Assembly (NCBI GenBank): GCA_964019335.1
Contig: OZ025662.1
Location: 62,001-126,000 of the forward strand
DNA: 64,000 nt
Direction: 5' to 3'
Source of the DNA: Diplonema japonicum
Lineage: Eukaryota; Protista; Euglenozoa: Diplonemea
Shown: piece by piece, positions 51,601-61,648 of the stretch
Layout of the letters: the number at the start of each line of letters is the position of its first letter
Position numbering within the stretch: position 1 is the first letter of the stretch
Translations under genes and position numbers: made by a program
The notes under the pieces: generated by a model
Told to the model about the DNA's origin: nothing
Database searches by the model: none
What the model saw: only the letters and a program-made list of their open reading frames with translations

Positions 51601-52945
51601 GGTTCTGCGCTACTGTCTCGGTGCTTACGGCAACTTCGTGGGACATGCTGCTCTGGCCGAGTTCGACTCGCTACAATACACAGCAGCGAGGTTGATAACG
51701 GGATGCTTCGACAAGACTTCCGCGACGGTGACCAGGTCAGAGGCGGGCATCTGGGAGATTGAATCCTTGCTGGAACACGACACCCTGGTGCTCTACGAGA
51801 AGGCACAGCGTCAACCGGGGACAACAGCGGAGAAGGCAACAAAGATATCCGGGGGTCAGATGTGGTACGGGAAAAGCTGGCGAAACACCGCGCTCGACTT
51901 GGCGAAGAGTCACGGGATGCCGGAACGCGAAGACCTACCACACCACTCAGTCACTCAGAGCGCAGACCTGCAGCTCCCTCCATGGGTCCAACCCAAAGTC
52001 CTGTTCCACCCCGACCTAGTCCGCAAGGTACACAAGAAGGACGAAAAAAGTCTCAAACTCCGAGCGGCCTTCGAATCGATCAGGAGGCACGGCATCCCAG
52101 ATGTGATCGTCTACACCGACGGGTCAGTCACCGGACACAGGAACGGCGGTTCGGCAGCTGTGATAAGGATCGGGTCTGACACACCGAAGCAGGCACGCAA
52201 GAGCGGAGGAGCAGTGACTTCGGCCTACCGATGCGAACTGAAAGCGCTGAACCTGGGGCTGCAATTGACACTGTACCATACCCGGAGACAAGGTGTGACG
52301 ACCGGAGTAGTGCTGCTGTGCTCGGACTCCCAGTCGGTGATCAGAAGACTGATGCAGGGCCACAGAGAGATGAGGCAGAAGGAGGAACTGCTGGCTTGGA
52401 AATGGCTGGACGCGCTTGACCGCCAAGGCCTCTCCACCATCATCCAGTACGTTCCCGGACACTGCGGCCTACCAGGTAACGAGCAAGCCGACCGACACGC
52501 CAAACGCGCCGCAAAGGAGTCGACACCGGACGGACCGACGGACCTGATGACCACAAAGAGCCTCATCAAGAGGTCGGTGAACCGCGACTGGGCAGCCTCG
52601 TGGGAGAAGACGGGTCGGGACAAGAAGTACCGAGAGGAGATCGGCGCGAGGTACCTCCCCTTGAAGGAACTGTCCTGCAGACACGATGAGGTACAGATAA
52701 CGAGACTGCGAACGGGCAGGAGCCACCTGACTTGCGGTTTCCTGTCGAAACCCGTCCAGAATGACATACGTTGCCTCTCGTGCCATTCGATCCAGGACAG
52801 ACACCATCTGCTGATCGGGTGCCCAGCTGGAGACAAGGTCCGCGAAGAGATCTTCGGGGATGACATCCCCACGACCACGAAGGAGATGCTCACAATGAGG
52901 GTGAGTGAAACCGCCTCCTACCTGAAGAGGATGGACCTCATCTGA
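48611..52945 (+). CDS. Family-A LINE ORF2: 2A peptide, AP endonuclease, reverse transcriptase, RNase H, C-terminal CCHC
   Basis: LLSCGDIEANPGP; SLNVRSL, LLQET, AGDMNAHH, GSDH; KAPGPDGI, YRPIALTS, QAGFRKGRS, DFKGAFD, GVPQG, YADD, YLG; YTDGS, CELKAL, SDSQS, VPGHCGLPGNEQAD; CLSC..HLLIGC. No ATG before the APE domain. Confidence 0.95.
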   Translation, partial: KGRLKASTKGRAISFNTPFTPFPTPSLTPCPYSQTPNTTPHLNEDEVLPSLSSPGSWGDRKGSTSSPHHHPSSFPLSTHNSSPNKHSQTPVTGDEVLPSIQRPGPRGDHTGNLHIRRNPAASGPHGKHLLSCGDIEANPGPTTEKTTRVEHSLPPVPSTSSLSQAHSNTTPPPNNINVLSLNVRSLTVSTTAQLLKGIETHNIDVLLLQETFLRPSKDITGVFTGFKAYRRDRTRPVKRGKQISGGGLVTLVRESIPSKQIEVIQKPSDVTERLDVEISLPNRKPYRLVNLYLPPTTGRDGDDRPPPEKYFRPAELPHDSYTIIAGDMNAHHTMWDKRGTPNKLGEILHSWMLRWGYSTWNKSSEATILNPSGNPTSPDMVMSGAEFDKSSWRTLPAMGSDHVPMFFSLRGGVSQPTRRVLYSWGKEARSAYRETMEEKCSRLLRARDPIRLNAEFRTLLLSATESCVPRKGQKKGKVWWNDEIDALARRRSTLKAKLLSEDHDGNDEDLARLAAMEAELDRAITSGKQAAWGDYTKKLSKDGNLTQAFSVIRRFDGRSEKPPIAPLRRGNGIATTDREKASVLVEHYARACSPRTTAKSEEVITTIKKDAKPGTDNDFPLVTKDELDSVLRRLKKGKAPGPDGIYNEMLKYLGPVAREVQLLLYNSSLQTGVVPAEWRRSSIIPLMKKGKDQSEPASYRPIALTSNIVKTLERIVKDRMCFLQDTGRVRQLHTSQAGFRKGRSTEENVLYAASKLKSVRLSQGLGGLLLFDFKGAFDTVWHKGVIAKLIGDGYPPKLVKWITSFLDQRKASVCVNGEHGCVKTMTGGVPQGTILAPQLFSIYVNDLARLYRKAGIDAVVYADDIAIVLEAGSPAELNKKVQRAVSLTERWCETFSMKLSQEKTEFMPVEGQFWNSHDSLANLINARFPSSGAKVKVVREAKYLGVTFDESMNFHEHVQKVKGKINSRLRLLRKLAGTRWGCRKHTLRTLYLTYVQPVLRYCLGAYGNFVGHAALAEFDSLQYTAARLITGCFDKTSATVTRSEAGIWEIESLLEHDTLVLYEKAQRQPGTTAEKATKISGGQMWYGKSWRNTALDLAKSHGMPEREDLPHHSVTQSADLQLPPWVQPKVLFHPDLVRKVHKKDEKSLKLRAAFESIRRHGIPDVIVYTDGSVTGHRNGGSAAVIRIGSDTPKQARKSGGAVTSAYRCELKALNLGLQLTLYHTRRQGVTTGVVLLCSDSQSVIRRLMQGHREMRQKEELLAWKWLDALDRQGLSTIIQYVPGHCGLPGNEQADRHAKRAAKESTPDGPTDLMTTKSLIKRSVNRDWAASWEKTGRDKKYREEIGARYLPLKELSCRHDEVQITRLRTGRSHLTCGFLSKPVQNDIRCLSCHSIQDRHHLLIGCPAGDKVREEIFGDDIPTTTKEMLTMRVSETASYLKRMDLI
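48995..49033 (+). other. 2A-like (StopGo) peptide LLSCGDIEANPGP; second copy at 45811-45849
   Basis: Exact match to the D(V/I)ExNPGP consensus just upstream of the APE domain, as known for L1Tc/ingi elements. Confidence 0.9.
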
Positions 52946-52990
52946 GACTCTCACGACCGCCGAGCCGCTGACCGCAATCGCAGGACGTAG

Positions 52991-53026
<36 letters not shown>

Positions 53027-53567
53027 AACAGAAAAAAGTGAACCAAAAAGTACTAGTGAACCCTCTCCCCCTCCCCCTGTGTTTCCCATTATTACCCTGT
53101 CGTGCACCCCAACTTCTGTCTTCACCTTTCCCCGCCCCTTCACACATCCCCCCGTATCATTTCCCTTTGTTTTGAATTTTCTAAGGCTCCGCCGCCCAAC
53201 AAAGCTGGCTGAAGGGGATGCCTCCGTGCCAGTGTGCCGCTCGTGAGGGCGAGCACGGACGAGGTACCCCACTCCTCAAAAACCCGGAGGTTCGCCCGAA
53301 GGGTGCTGGCTTGGGAAGCGGGCTGGAGAGCTGCCGGGGTCACGGAGGTGGGCGAAGTCGCGAACACTGGAGCCCACGAACCGGCCCCACCTCCGTCCTC
53401 GGTACGTATGGATAGTTTAGCGGAAGTTTCAAGGTTATCACATTCCTTTCCTTTCCCCCTTTCGTTAGATACAGGGAGACCCTTGGTCCACCTGTTCTGT
53501 CCCCCCAGCCTTTGCTTCGCACGTCAGTGGTTCATTTATTATTATTATTATTTTAAAAAAAATAACA

Positions 53568-53574
53568 GCCGCTT

Positions 53575-53623
<49 letters not shown>

Positions 53624-53640
53624 AATCCCAGGTGGTGGCA
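53568..53640 (+). tRNA. trnF-GAA: tRNA-Phe (GAA)
   Basis: 73-nt cloverleaf: D arm GCTC/GAGC, anticodon arm TCAGA-CTGAAGA-TCTGA, T arm CCTGG-TTCAATC-CCAGG; followed by a T7 Pol III terminator. Confidence 0.95.
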
Positions 53641-53824
53641 TTTTTTTATCTATGTAGCTTGTGCTGCATCTCTGTAAGCTGCTGCAACTAGTTGACAAGT
53701 CCTGTGTAGTCAGCCCATTGCATTTTCTGCCGAAATCTTATCCTACGATCACGAAACTCCTGCTTGTGGACAAGGATTTAGGGAACACCTAGAGAAGGAG
53801 TAAGAACCCCAATCAAAAAAAACA

Positions 53825-54240
53825 CAAAAATACCTCACAGACTGCGTTGCCTCTCTTTGAAAAAAATGACAAAAATAGTGAGAGGTCGAAAGTTGTGAAG
53901 GTCCAAGGCCTCGGAGACAAGCATGCCATAACAGGGCAATGCTGGTCTGTCATGAAAAACCCCCTGGAAGGCTGGAGTTTAATAGCTTCGGAAACCCCTT
54001 AGGCTCTGGGTTCAAGAATTGTTCCTCCCCTTCTGACAACCTGATCGAGTTGTCGGGGTGGCCCAACGAAGCCGTGCTGCTCATAGACGACGTCACCCCA
54101 CCAACCCGGGCTCTGCTTTGGGACAGGCGAAGAGGGCTGAATTACGTTATTCCCTAAGTTGAGTGAGAGAAACAGGGGCTGGCAGAAAGCCCCAGGGAGG
54201 TATTGCTCCTGAGTGAAACATGTTGAGGTGAGTGGAAGTG
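53825..54240 (-). mobile_element. Inverted, diverged relative of the family-B 3' UTR (truncated LINE or SINE-like)
   Basis: 54096-54222 is a reverse-complement homologue of 58440-58612; also shares CATTGCCCT and a terminal GGTATTTT(T)G. Confidence 0.7.
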
Positions 54241-54310
54241 GCAAACAATGCAGAAGAGGGACACAACAGTTCATGATCTGCTCTTGGAGGCGCCCTGCGA
54301 TTGTAATGTG

Positions 54311-57300
54311 TTCGGTTGGAAGCCGTCGTCCATCATCCGACGCTCTGACACGGCGTTCCAGGGCACGAGGCAACTCGTGTTCTTCATCGTCGCCGACGCC
54401 CCGCCCCCCAAGGCCAGGACATGGCTCTTCGGCTCTCGTCTCGTTCGACTGCACGACGCGGAAGACCACCCGAGCGTCACGCTCCCGCCCCGCACCAACA
54501 AGAAGGCTCCACCCGCGGCTCAGACGCCGACGCCGGCCCCTGGCCCCACGGTGCAGTCCACAGGGCTGCCGAGCACCAATCCGTGGTCATCTCCACCGAG
54601 CTCGGTTGCCCCTCCGCCACTTGGCACTGTGACTCCGGTCTCCTCTGCGGCTTCCCCGACCACGACACCTCCCCGTGACTCCCAGAAGAAGAATCCCGCA
54701 CCGGAACCTGAGGTCCCGGCGCTCCTCGCGCTGATCCAGTCGATGCAGACGACCATCGACGGTTTGCAGGCGACGGTCCGCGACCTCCAGGAGAAGATGG
54801 CAGCGTCACTTGGCGCGCCGGCGCCATCTGCAGACGGTGCTGGGCGGACGGCAGTTGCTGGGAAGGGCAAGGGCGGCAAGGCTGGGTCCAAGGCAGGGAC
54901 GAAGGGGCACCAGGCGCAGGGCGTAAGCACGCCAGGCCCCTACCCGACATCGACGGAGCAAGGGGGCGGAAGGGGACGCGCCCAGTCGCTGGCTGGCGAC
55001 TCTGCTACCCCCAATGGGGTCGGCCGTGGACGGGCAGCCTCTGTGGGCCCGGCCTCCGCCCCTGCCAATTGAAGGGGTCCCGCTGAGCAGGGGGGGCGGC
55101 AGATCGACGACCACGCCCCCTCTCCTGGTCTCCCGCGCATACAGCCGAGGAGACACCTTCCACATCACTTGTACGACGTCCTCCCTTCCTTGATCCCTTC
55201 CTTACTTGAACGGATGTCGGCCAGGGACCTGCTGGGGCTGCTTGGGCTGGTTGAGACGAACCCCGGTCCACCTAAGAAGCTCCCACCCCCGAAGCCGAAG
55301 GGACTCAGGGTCCTGTCCTGGAACTGCAACGGTCTTGCCGCCAAGTGGTCAACCGTGTCCTACCACGCTGTCCTACTGACGCTGGATATCATTATGATCC
55401 AGGAGACACACCTTAGGGAGGGGCATGAGACACCATACCTGCCTGGATACACGTCCTACAGGAGGGACCGCACAACACCGGTGACGGACGGCTCTGCGAC
55501 GAGAGGCGGTGGTGTCATCACGTATGTCCGTGACTGCCTTGCCTCGGAGGAAGCTCCTTTCGTACTCCCTGAAGGTGACAGTGTCACTGAGCGATTAGAC
55601 GTGAGGATCTCCTGTGTGAAGCGCGTCCCGGTCACCCTCTCCAACGTGTACCTCACGCCTGTGAGTATAAGCAGAGGAACAAGGGACCCCGAGTACCTAC
55701 GGCCGGGCAGCCTACCTGTGGGGAAGAACACGATCGTTGCTGGCGACTTCAACGCACACCACAGCTCTTGGGATGCCAAGGTGACAACGCCCAACGAAAG
55801 GGGGAACGTGGTCAGGGACTGGCTTGACACCCACGGCTACACCGTCTACAACAACCGTGACGAGCCGACGCGGGACTCACCGCCACGCGTTCTGGACCTG
55901 GTTGTGGGACGTTGTGCGGAACTGGAGCCGAGGACGTTGGGGACGTGGGGCTCTGATCACAGCCCGGTTTCCTTCCGCTTGCCGCTTGAGGACGCCTACT
56001 GCTCGGAGCGACCCTGCCCTACCTGGAACTTCAAAAAGGCCAGGTGGGACGACTTCACCGCGGCCGCCGCCGCCCTTCTGACCAGGATCGACACGAAGGC
56101 CCACATCGACTCCTTCACGAAGGAGGTAACAGAGGCTCTTCTGCATGCAGCTGACGACCACGTTCCGCTTTGCGGAGTGCGACGAGGCCCGACCCCCTGG
56201 TGGACGGCCGAACTCGAAGACGCCTTCGAAGAACGGAACGCCTTGCGGGATCGCTTCCTCAAGTCGGCTGAGACTGAGGACGACAGCGTAGCGGCGGTGT
56301 ACAAGGCGAAGGTCAAAGAGGTGAATCAACTCTTGACCGAGTCGAAGCGCGCGGCCTGGGGTGAGATGGCGGCTGACCTCAGTCGGAGCAAGGACCTCGG
56401 GTCTGCGTTTAGGGCGGTGAAGAAGCTGGACGGCAGACACCGCAGACCGCACCTTCCCATTCTCGAGGGGAGGTTCGTGACGGACAAGGCGAAAGCCGAC
56501 CGCCTGGGGGCTCACTTCGGCAAGCTCTAGGGTGGTGATGGGGACGCGGTGGACGTAGCTCCTTCGACGAACGTGCTTGGGTGCCACGCCTTTACGGTGT
56601 ATGATCTCACCCGCGGTCTGGGAAGGATGAAGACACGCAGTGCAGCGGGTGATGATGGCATCTTCGCGGAGATGCTTCTCCACCTCGACCAACCCTCGCT
56701 CGGGGTTCTACTTCTGCTCCTCAATCGCTCATGGCAGGCGGGGATTGTGCCGGGTGCCTGGAAGAAGGGGGTGATTGTTCCAGTGGCGAAGGCAGGGAAG
56801 GACGCCACGTTGCTTGCATCGTACCGTCCCATATGTCTCACTAGCTGTCTTTGTAAGCTGCTTGAGAGGATGATAGAGGAGAGGCTTACCTTTCTCCTAG
56901 ACTCTAGCGCGTCGGGCGTTGAGGGTCTCCACGACAGCCAGGCTGGCTTCAGGGCCGCTCCACGGAGGAGCAGGTGGCGTCCCTGACCGGGTGTCGAGGA
57001 ATAAAGACAGTCGGCGTCTGTCGGCTGCCCTGCTGTTTGACTTCTCATCTGCGTTTGACCTGGTTCAGCACGAAGCTCTCCTGGGCATGATGCGGAGGAA
57101 GGGGATCCCTGAGCCCTTCGTCGAATGGACGCGCTCCTTCCTCTGCGGTCGTACGGCGGCGGTCACGGTGGGTCGCTCGCGAGGGTCGACGACGAAGGTG
57201 AGGAGAGGGGTGCCCCAAGGGTCTGTGCTGGGACCCGTCCTTTACACCATCTACGTCGACGAGCTAGCCAGGTTGCTGGTTGGGATGGCGGACCTGTCGG

Positions 57301-58754
57301 TTCTTTATGCCGACGATGTTGCGGTGGTGGTCTCAGCCGGGCAGGGCGACCTGGCTGGTCTTGAGTGAGGGGCCCAGGCTGTGATGGACGCGGTTGAGGG
57401 CTGGTGTGGGAGACGGGGCATGCTGCTGAGCTCCAGCAAGTCGCAGGCAGTGTGCGTTCCCTATCAGAAGCGGCTTAATGTCTACTTCTCTTCGTCGCGT
57501 GTCCCGCTTTGCCCGGGGGGGCCTTCCAGGACCCTGTCCTTAATCTTGGGGTTGGGGCCTGTGGGACCTTGTCTGGCGTCCGTGAGCTGTCTGGCTTTCG
57601 GGTCGTGGAGGCGGGTGGCAAACGGTCCACCAGACGTGGAGCCGGCTGGTGACCGCGGCGCGCACGCAGGGGACACCGGTGGTCCTCCAATTTGTGCCCT
57701 CCCACTGTGGGGTGGACGGGAACGAGAAGGCTGACGCTCTGGCCGTGGAGGGAACGAAGCGGAAGCAGGACAGGCCCTCCCTTGACTACCGATCAGTGAG
57801 GGCCCTGGTGCGACGGTGGGTGGTGCGGAGGTCCGCGGAGCTCATAACATCCCTCGCCCACAACTACGCGGTGGCGACCGAGCTTCGGTCCGCGCACTTC
57901 CCCCTTGGCTTCCCCAGACAAGCTGAAACGGTCATCTCGCGGCTGCGGATTGGTCACTCGGCTCTCTTCTTCGGCTTCCTGCAGACTGCTGGCCCGAACA
58001 GGAAGCACAAGGGTGTGCTCCGGTGCCCAGCCTGCCACGCAGCACCGATGTCCAGGGAGCATGTTGTCGGTGGGTGCCCTGTGATCGGGAGGGGGGCGAT
58101 CGACACTCCTGCTGGTACTCCCTCCCTAGCCTTCTCCCTGTCGAGACGCGTGACCCAGATCTACGACCTCATTGTTGAGTCTGGCCTGCTCGCCTGGTCA
58201 CGCTCCGGACTGTTCACCTCGCCATCATCCCTGGCGTCTACAGACGTCACTGCACCTTCAAACGTGCCGCCCCCTCCTCCGGTCTCTCTTGACGCCGGTC
58301 CCGCGGCCCCCGTGCTGCGCTAAGGGATCGCCCGCGTGTGTGTAAAGTGAAATGTTGTGTTTTCCACTTTCCTTTCCCTTCCTTCACCTTCCTCTCACTG
58401 TTTCCCATTTCCCCTTTTTTTTATTTTCACACTCACCAATGATTCGCTCAATAGGAGCAATACCTCCCTGGGGGGCTTTCCGCCGGAGGTTCCAGCCAAA
58501 GAAGGACATCCAGCTGGAAGGTAGGCCCCCGTTTTTCTCTCACTTGACTGAGGGAATAATGTAATTCAGCCCTCTTCGGCTGTCCCAAAGCAGAGCACGG
58601 GTTGGTGGGGGACCAGGGCTCCTCCTGCTTGCAGAAGCCTGGTCCATTGCCCTCCCTATTTCCCCATGGTTTCCCTTCACCTTTTTTTCCCCTTTTCTCA
58701 GGTGTTGCTCTCCATGGCGGCCCTGCATTGGTATTTTGAAAAAAAAAAAAAAAA
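54311..58754 (+). mobile_element. Family-B non-LTR retrotransposon, 5'-truncated decayed copy (B1)
   Basis: ORF1 C-terminal part (to TGA 55070-55072), then APE, RT (YADD) and RNase H/zinc finger remnants. Nonsense TAG at 56528 (TAC in B2), frameshift near 56950, TGA at 57366, internal deletion; 3' UTR ends in poly(A). Confidence 0.9.
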
Positions 58755-58795
58755 TAATAATAATAATCTGAAAAAGAAAAGAAAAGAAAAGAAAA

Positions 58796-61648
58796 ATGGG
58801 CAAGAAGAAAGACAAGCACAAGGAGAAGGCAAAGCCGGAAGGGAACGGGGCCAGCACGCAGCTGGCCCAGTCCAAGGCCAGGGAGGAGCGGCGGGTGGAG
58901 AGGATGCTCCGCAGCGCTGGAGCAGCCGGGGAGCTGGGGCAGCTCCTGACGCCGGAGCACCGGGAGAAGATGACGGGGGTGGTCACCGTAATTGACCTCC
59001 TCACGCCCGACGCCGCCGCCGCTACAGCCGGCCCAGCGACACCTGTCGCCTCCACCCCGACCGGCTCCGTCAAAAGGCCGGTTTCGCCTGACGCCAGCGT
59101 CGCCACCCCGACCTCCAGCAAAAAAGCTAGGAGGAAGGCCGCCAGAGCCGCGCGCGCTGACGCTGCCGCCGAAGCCGCACACATAGCTGACGCCACACAC
59201 CCCCTCGAAGCCGCACGCACTGCGGCCGACGTCGAACTCGCGGGAATCGCTGCTGATTTGGAAGCTGCACGCGAGTCGGCCGACGTGGTAGCTGCAGAAA
59301 TAGCTGCTAAGATGAAGGCTGCGCAGGAGGTGGCTGATGCTGCTGTTGTCAAAATGGCAGCCGAGACGGAAGCTGCACGCGTGGCTGGTGTGGAGGCTGC
59401 TCGCAGAGCAGTCGAGGCTGAGGAGAAGGCTCTGCGCGAGCGGTCTACTGCACGACTTGCGGCAGAGGAGAAGGAGGCTGCGCGTGCTGCGGCCGAGATG
59501 AAAGCAGCCGAGGAGAAGAAGGCTACAGCCGCAGCCGCTGCAGCCGAGAAGAAGAAAGCCGCAGCCGCCGCCGCCGCCGAGAAGAAAGCAGCAGCCGCCG
59601 CCGCCGCCGAGGAGAAGGCCGCCGCCGAGAAGAAAGCCGCTGCCGCCGCCGCCGCCGAGAGGAAGGCCGCAGCCGACGCCGCCAGGAAGCAAGCTGCAGC
59701 CGCCGCCGCCGAGAAGGAGACCGCAGCCGCAGCCGCCACCGCCGAGGAGAAGAAGAAGGTCGCAGCCACCGCCGCCGCCGAAAAGGAAGCCGCCGCAGCC
59801 GCTGCCAAAAAGGAGGAAGCTTTGAGGTTGGCGGCCGCCAAGAAGGCAGATGCCCAGAAGGTCGAGGACGAAGCAGTCGCGAACGCTTCCGCCAACGCGT
59901 CAACAGACCAAGGCACGCTCCTCCTCAGCTCAGACTCTGACACCAGCTCTGGCCCTGAGGAGATGGAGGACGACCCTGCCCCTGCCCCTTCCACAACCCC
60001 GCGATGGGACCTGGTGCCAGACACATGGGACGCCCCGATCTACACCAACGTGTCCCCCCCGACGGAAACATCCCGCGCTGTCATTGCGCTCGACGATCCC
60101 GCCGGAATGGGGGTCGTGTGCTCCGCGTTACCTACGGCATCCATCACCTTTGTCCTTATGACAGAGGTCCCCGGTGTCACCACCCCCAGCGAGATTGTCA
60201 TGGTCTCTGGGTCGCGCGCAGTGAACAGGAGGGTCCACGTCTCCACGTTCGGGCTGGACCCCCCCACCTACACCCCGCCTTCCACCTTCAACAGCGGATC
60301 GGAGGTCGTCTACGTCTGTGTCAGTGCAGACAGCCTGAAGGAGGCGAAGGCCAGGGTCCTGGAGCTCGCCAAGGCTCAGGGCGCGGTGGTGGAGGATCGT
60401 GCGGTCTTCCGCCCAAGGAAGTTCGGTGAGGAGGAACCGCGGGCGAGGCACTGGACCCACGAGGTGGGACTGCGCCTGCAAGCAGCACACGTCCACGCCG
60501 TCCTGCGCCGGTCCGGGGACGGCTGCTTAATGCGGACGACGGAGAGACGCGGGGGGTACGCTTATGTACCCATCGTGGCGGAAGGGAGGGCGGATGCCTT
60601 TCGGATTGCGGGGACGCTGGGTGGGTTGTCTCTCGGGGTGGCGCACCGTAAGGGATGGACTGTGCGGTGCCTACCGGAGACGGAACAGCGGCTCCGGAAG
60701 GCCCTCGCAAAACAGCGCACGAAGCGCAAGTTTTTGCTTACCGGGGCCCCGCCGTCCATCACCAGGGCGGCCTTCGACGAGATGATGGACCACATCGGCT
60801 GGAAACCATCCTCCGTCCTGCGGCGCACGCAGACGATGTTCCAGGGCACGAGGCAACTCGTGTTCTTCATCGTCGTCGACAGCCCGCCCCCGAAGTCCAG
60901 GACGTGGCTCCTTGGGGGGCGCCTTGTCTGCCTCCGTGATGCGGACGACCACCCGACCGTCAAGCCGCCCCCTCTCATCAACAGGACGACACCTGCATCT
61001 GCACCTGCGCTTGCAACGTCCTCGACCCCGGCACCCACATCTTCTCATGTACCTGCACCTGCGCCTACACCTGTACCTGACCCGGCACCTGTATCGGCGT
61101 CGACACCCTCGGAGACTGGCCCTGCGGTGAAAGCAACTGGGCTTCCTCCCACCAGCCCGTGGGCGTCCATACCGAGCTCGGTGGCTCCCCCCCAGCTCGA
61201 CACTGTGACGTCCCCTACACCGCCCCGCAACGTGTCTGCGGGAAACAAGGAGGGGGTCCCTTCCGGGTCGCCTGAGGTCGCCGCTCTCACTGAGCTCGTC
61301 GCCACGCTGAAGGAGTCGATCGTCGGGCTGCAGAGGACGATCGACTCTCAGCAGGAGATGATCTCCGATCTGCGGACGACGCTCCGCCTCCTCCTGCCGC
61401 AGGCGGCCACGCTGACGACGGGAACGGCAGTGCCGCGGGACCCTACACCGGGGGTGACGACGACACACGACAGTGTCTGGAAAGGGAAGGGGAAGGGGAA
61501 GAAGGGGGCTCCTCCTCTCGCTACGACCTCTGAGGCTGCGGTGACGAACCTGGGTACGAGGGGGCGGGCCAGGTCGTTCGCGGAGACCAAAGATCTCTTC
61601 ACCAATGGGGTCAAGGGGCGCTCTGCCTCCATGGGTCCATCCAATTGA
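58796..61648 (+). CDS. Family-B LINE ORF1
   Basis: 950 aa: (EKKAAAAAA)n helix, globular middle, Pro/Thr-rich linker, coiled coil, KGKGKG tail. The C-terminal third is homologous to 54311-55072. Confidence 0.88.
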   Translation: MGKKKDKHKEKAKPEGNGASTQLAQSKAREERRVERMLRSAGAAGELGQLLTPEHREKMTGVVTVIDLLTPDAAAATAGPATPVASTPTGSVKRPVSPDASVATPTSSKKARRKAARAARADAAAEAAHIADATHPLEAARTAADVELAGIAADLEAARESADVVAAEIAAKMKAAQEVADAAVVKMAAETEAARVAGVEAARRAVEAEEKALRERSTARLAAEEKEAARAAAEMKAAEEKKATAAAAAAEKKKAAAAAAAEKKAAAAAAAEEKAAAEKKAAAAAAAERKAAADAARKQAAAAAAEKETAAAAATAEEKKKVAATAAAEKEAAAAAAKKEEALRLAAAKKADAQKVEDEAVANASANASTDQGTLLLSSDSDTSSGPEEMEDDPAPAPSTTPRWDLVPDTWDAPIYTNVSPPTETSRAVIALDDPAGMGVVCSALPTASITFVLMTEVPGVTTPSEIVMVSGSRAVNRRVHVSTFGLDPPTYTPPSTFNSGSEVVYVCVSADSLKEAKARVLELAKAQGAVVEDRAVFRPRKFGEEEPRARHWTHEVGLRLQAAHVHAVLRRSGDGCLMRTTERRGGYAYVPIVAEGRADAFRIAGTLGGLSLGVAHRKGWTVRCLPETEQRLRKALAKQRTKRKFLLTGAPPSITRAAFDEMMDHIGWKPSSVLRRTQTMFQGTRQLVFFIVVDSPPPKSRTWLLGGRLVCLRDADDHPTVKPPPLINRTTPASAPALATSSTPAPTSSHVPAPAPTPVPDPAPVSASTPSETGPAVKATGLPPTSPWASIPSSVAPPQLDTVTSPTPPRNVSAGNKEGVPSGSPEVAALTELVATLKESIVGLQRTIDSQQEMISDLRTTLRLLLPQAATLTTGTAVPRDPTPGVTTTHDSVWKGKGKGKKGAPPLATTSEAAVTNLGTRGRARSFAETKDLFTNGVKGRSASMGPSN

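Larger units (their letters stand above)
47376..53562 (+). mobile_element. Family-A Ingi/I-group non-LTR retrotransposon, apparently full length (A2)
   Basis: ORF1 plus uninterrupted 2A-APE-RT-RNase H-zinc finger ORF2; 3' UTR ends in (TTA)n; TTTAAAAAAA occurs on both flanks (possible TSD). Confidence 0.93.

Noticed and set aside
54170-54195. RNase MRP-like GAAAGCCCC / GGGGCT motifs
   Set aside because: Wrong order for the P4 pseudoknot; they form a simple local hairpin.
61646-61648. UGA reassigned genome-wide or read as selenocysteine
   Set aside because: Host genes (e.g. at 4929 and 6239) and family-A ORF2 terminate at TGA, and I could not identify a convincing SECIS.
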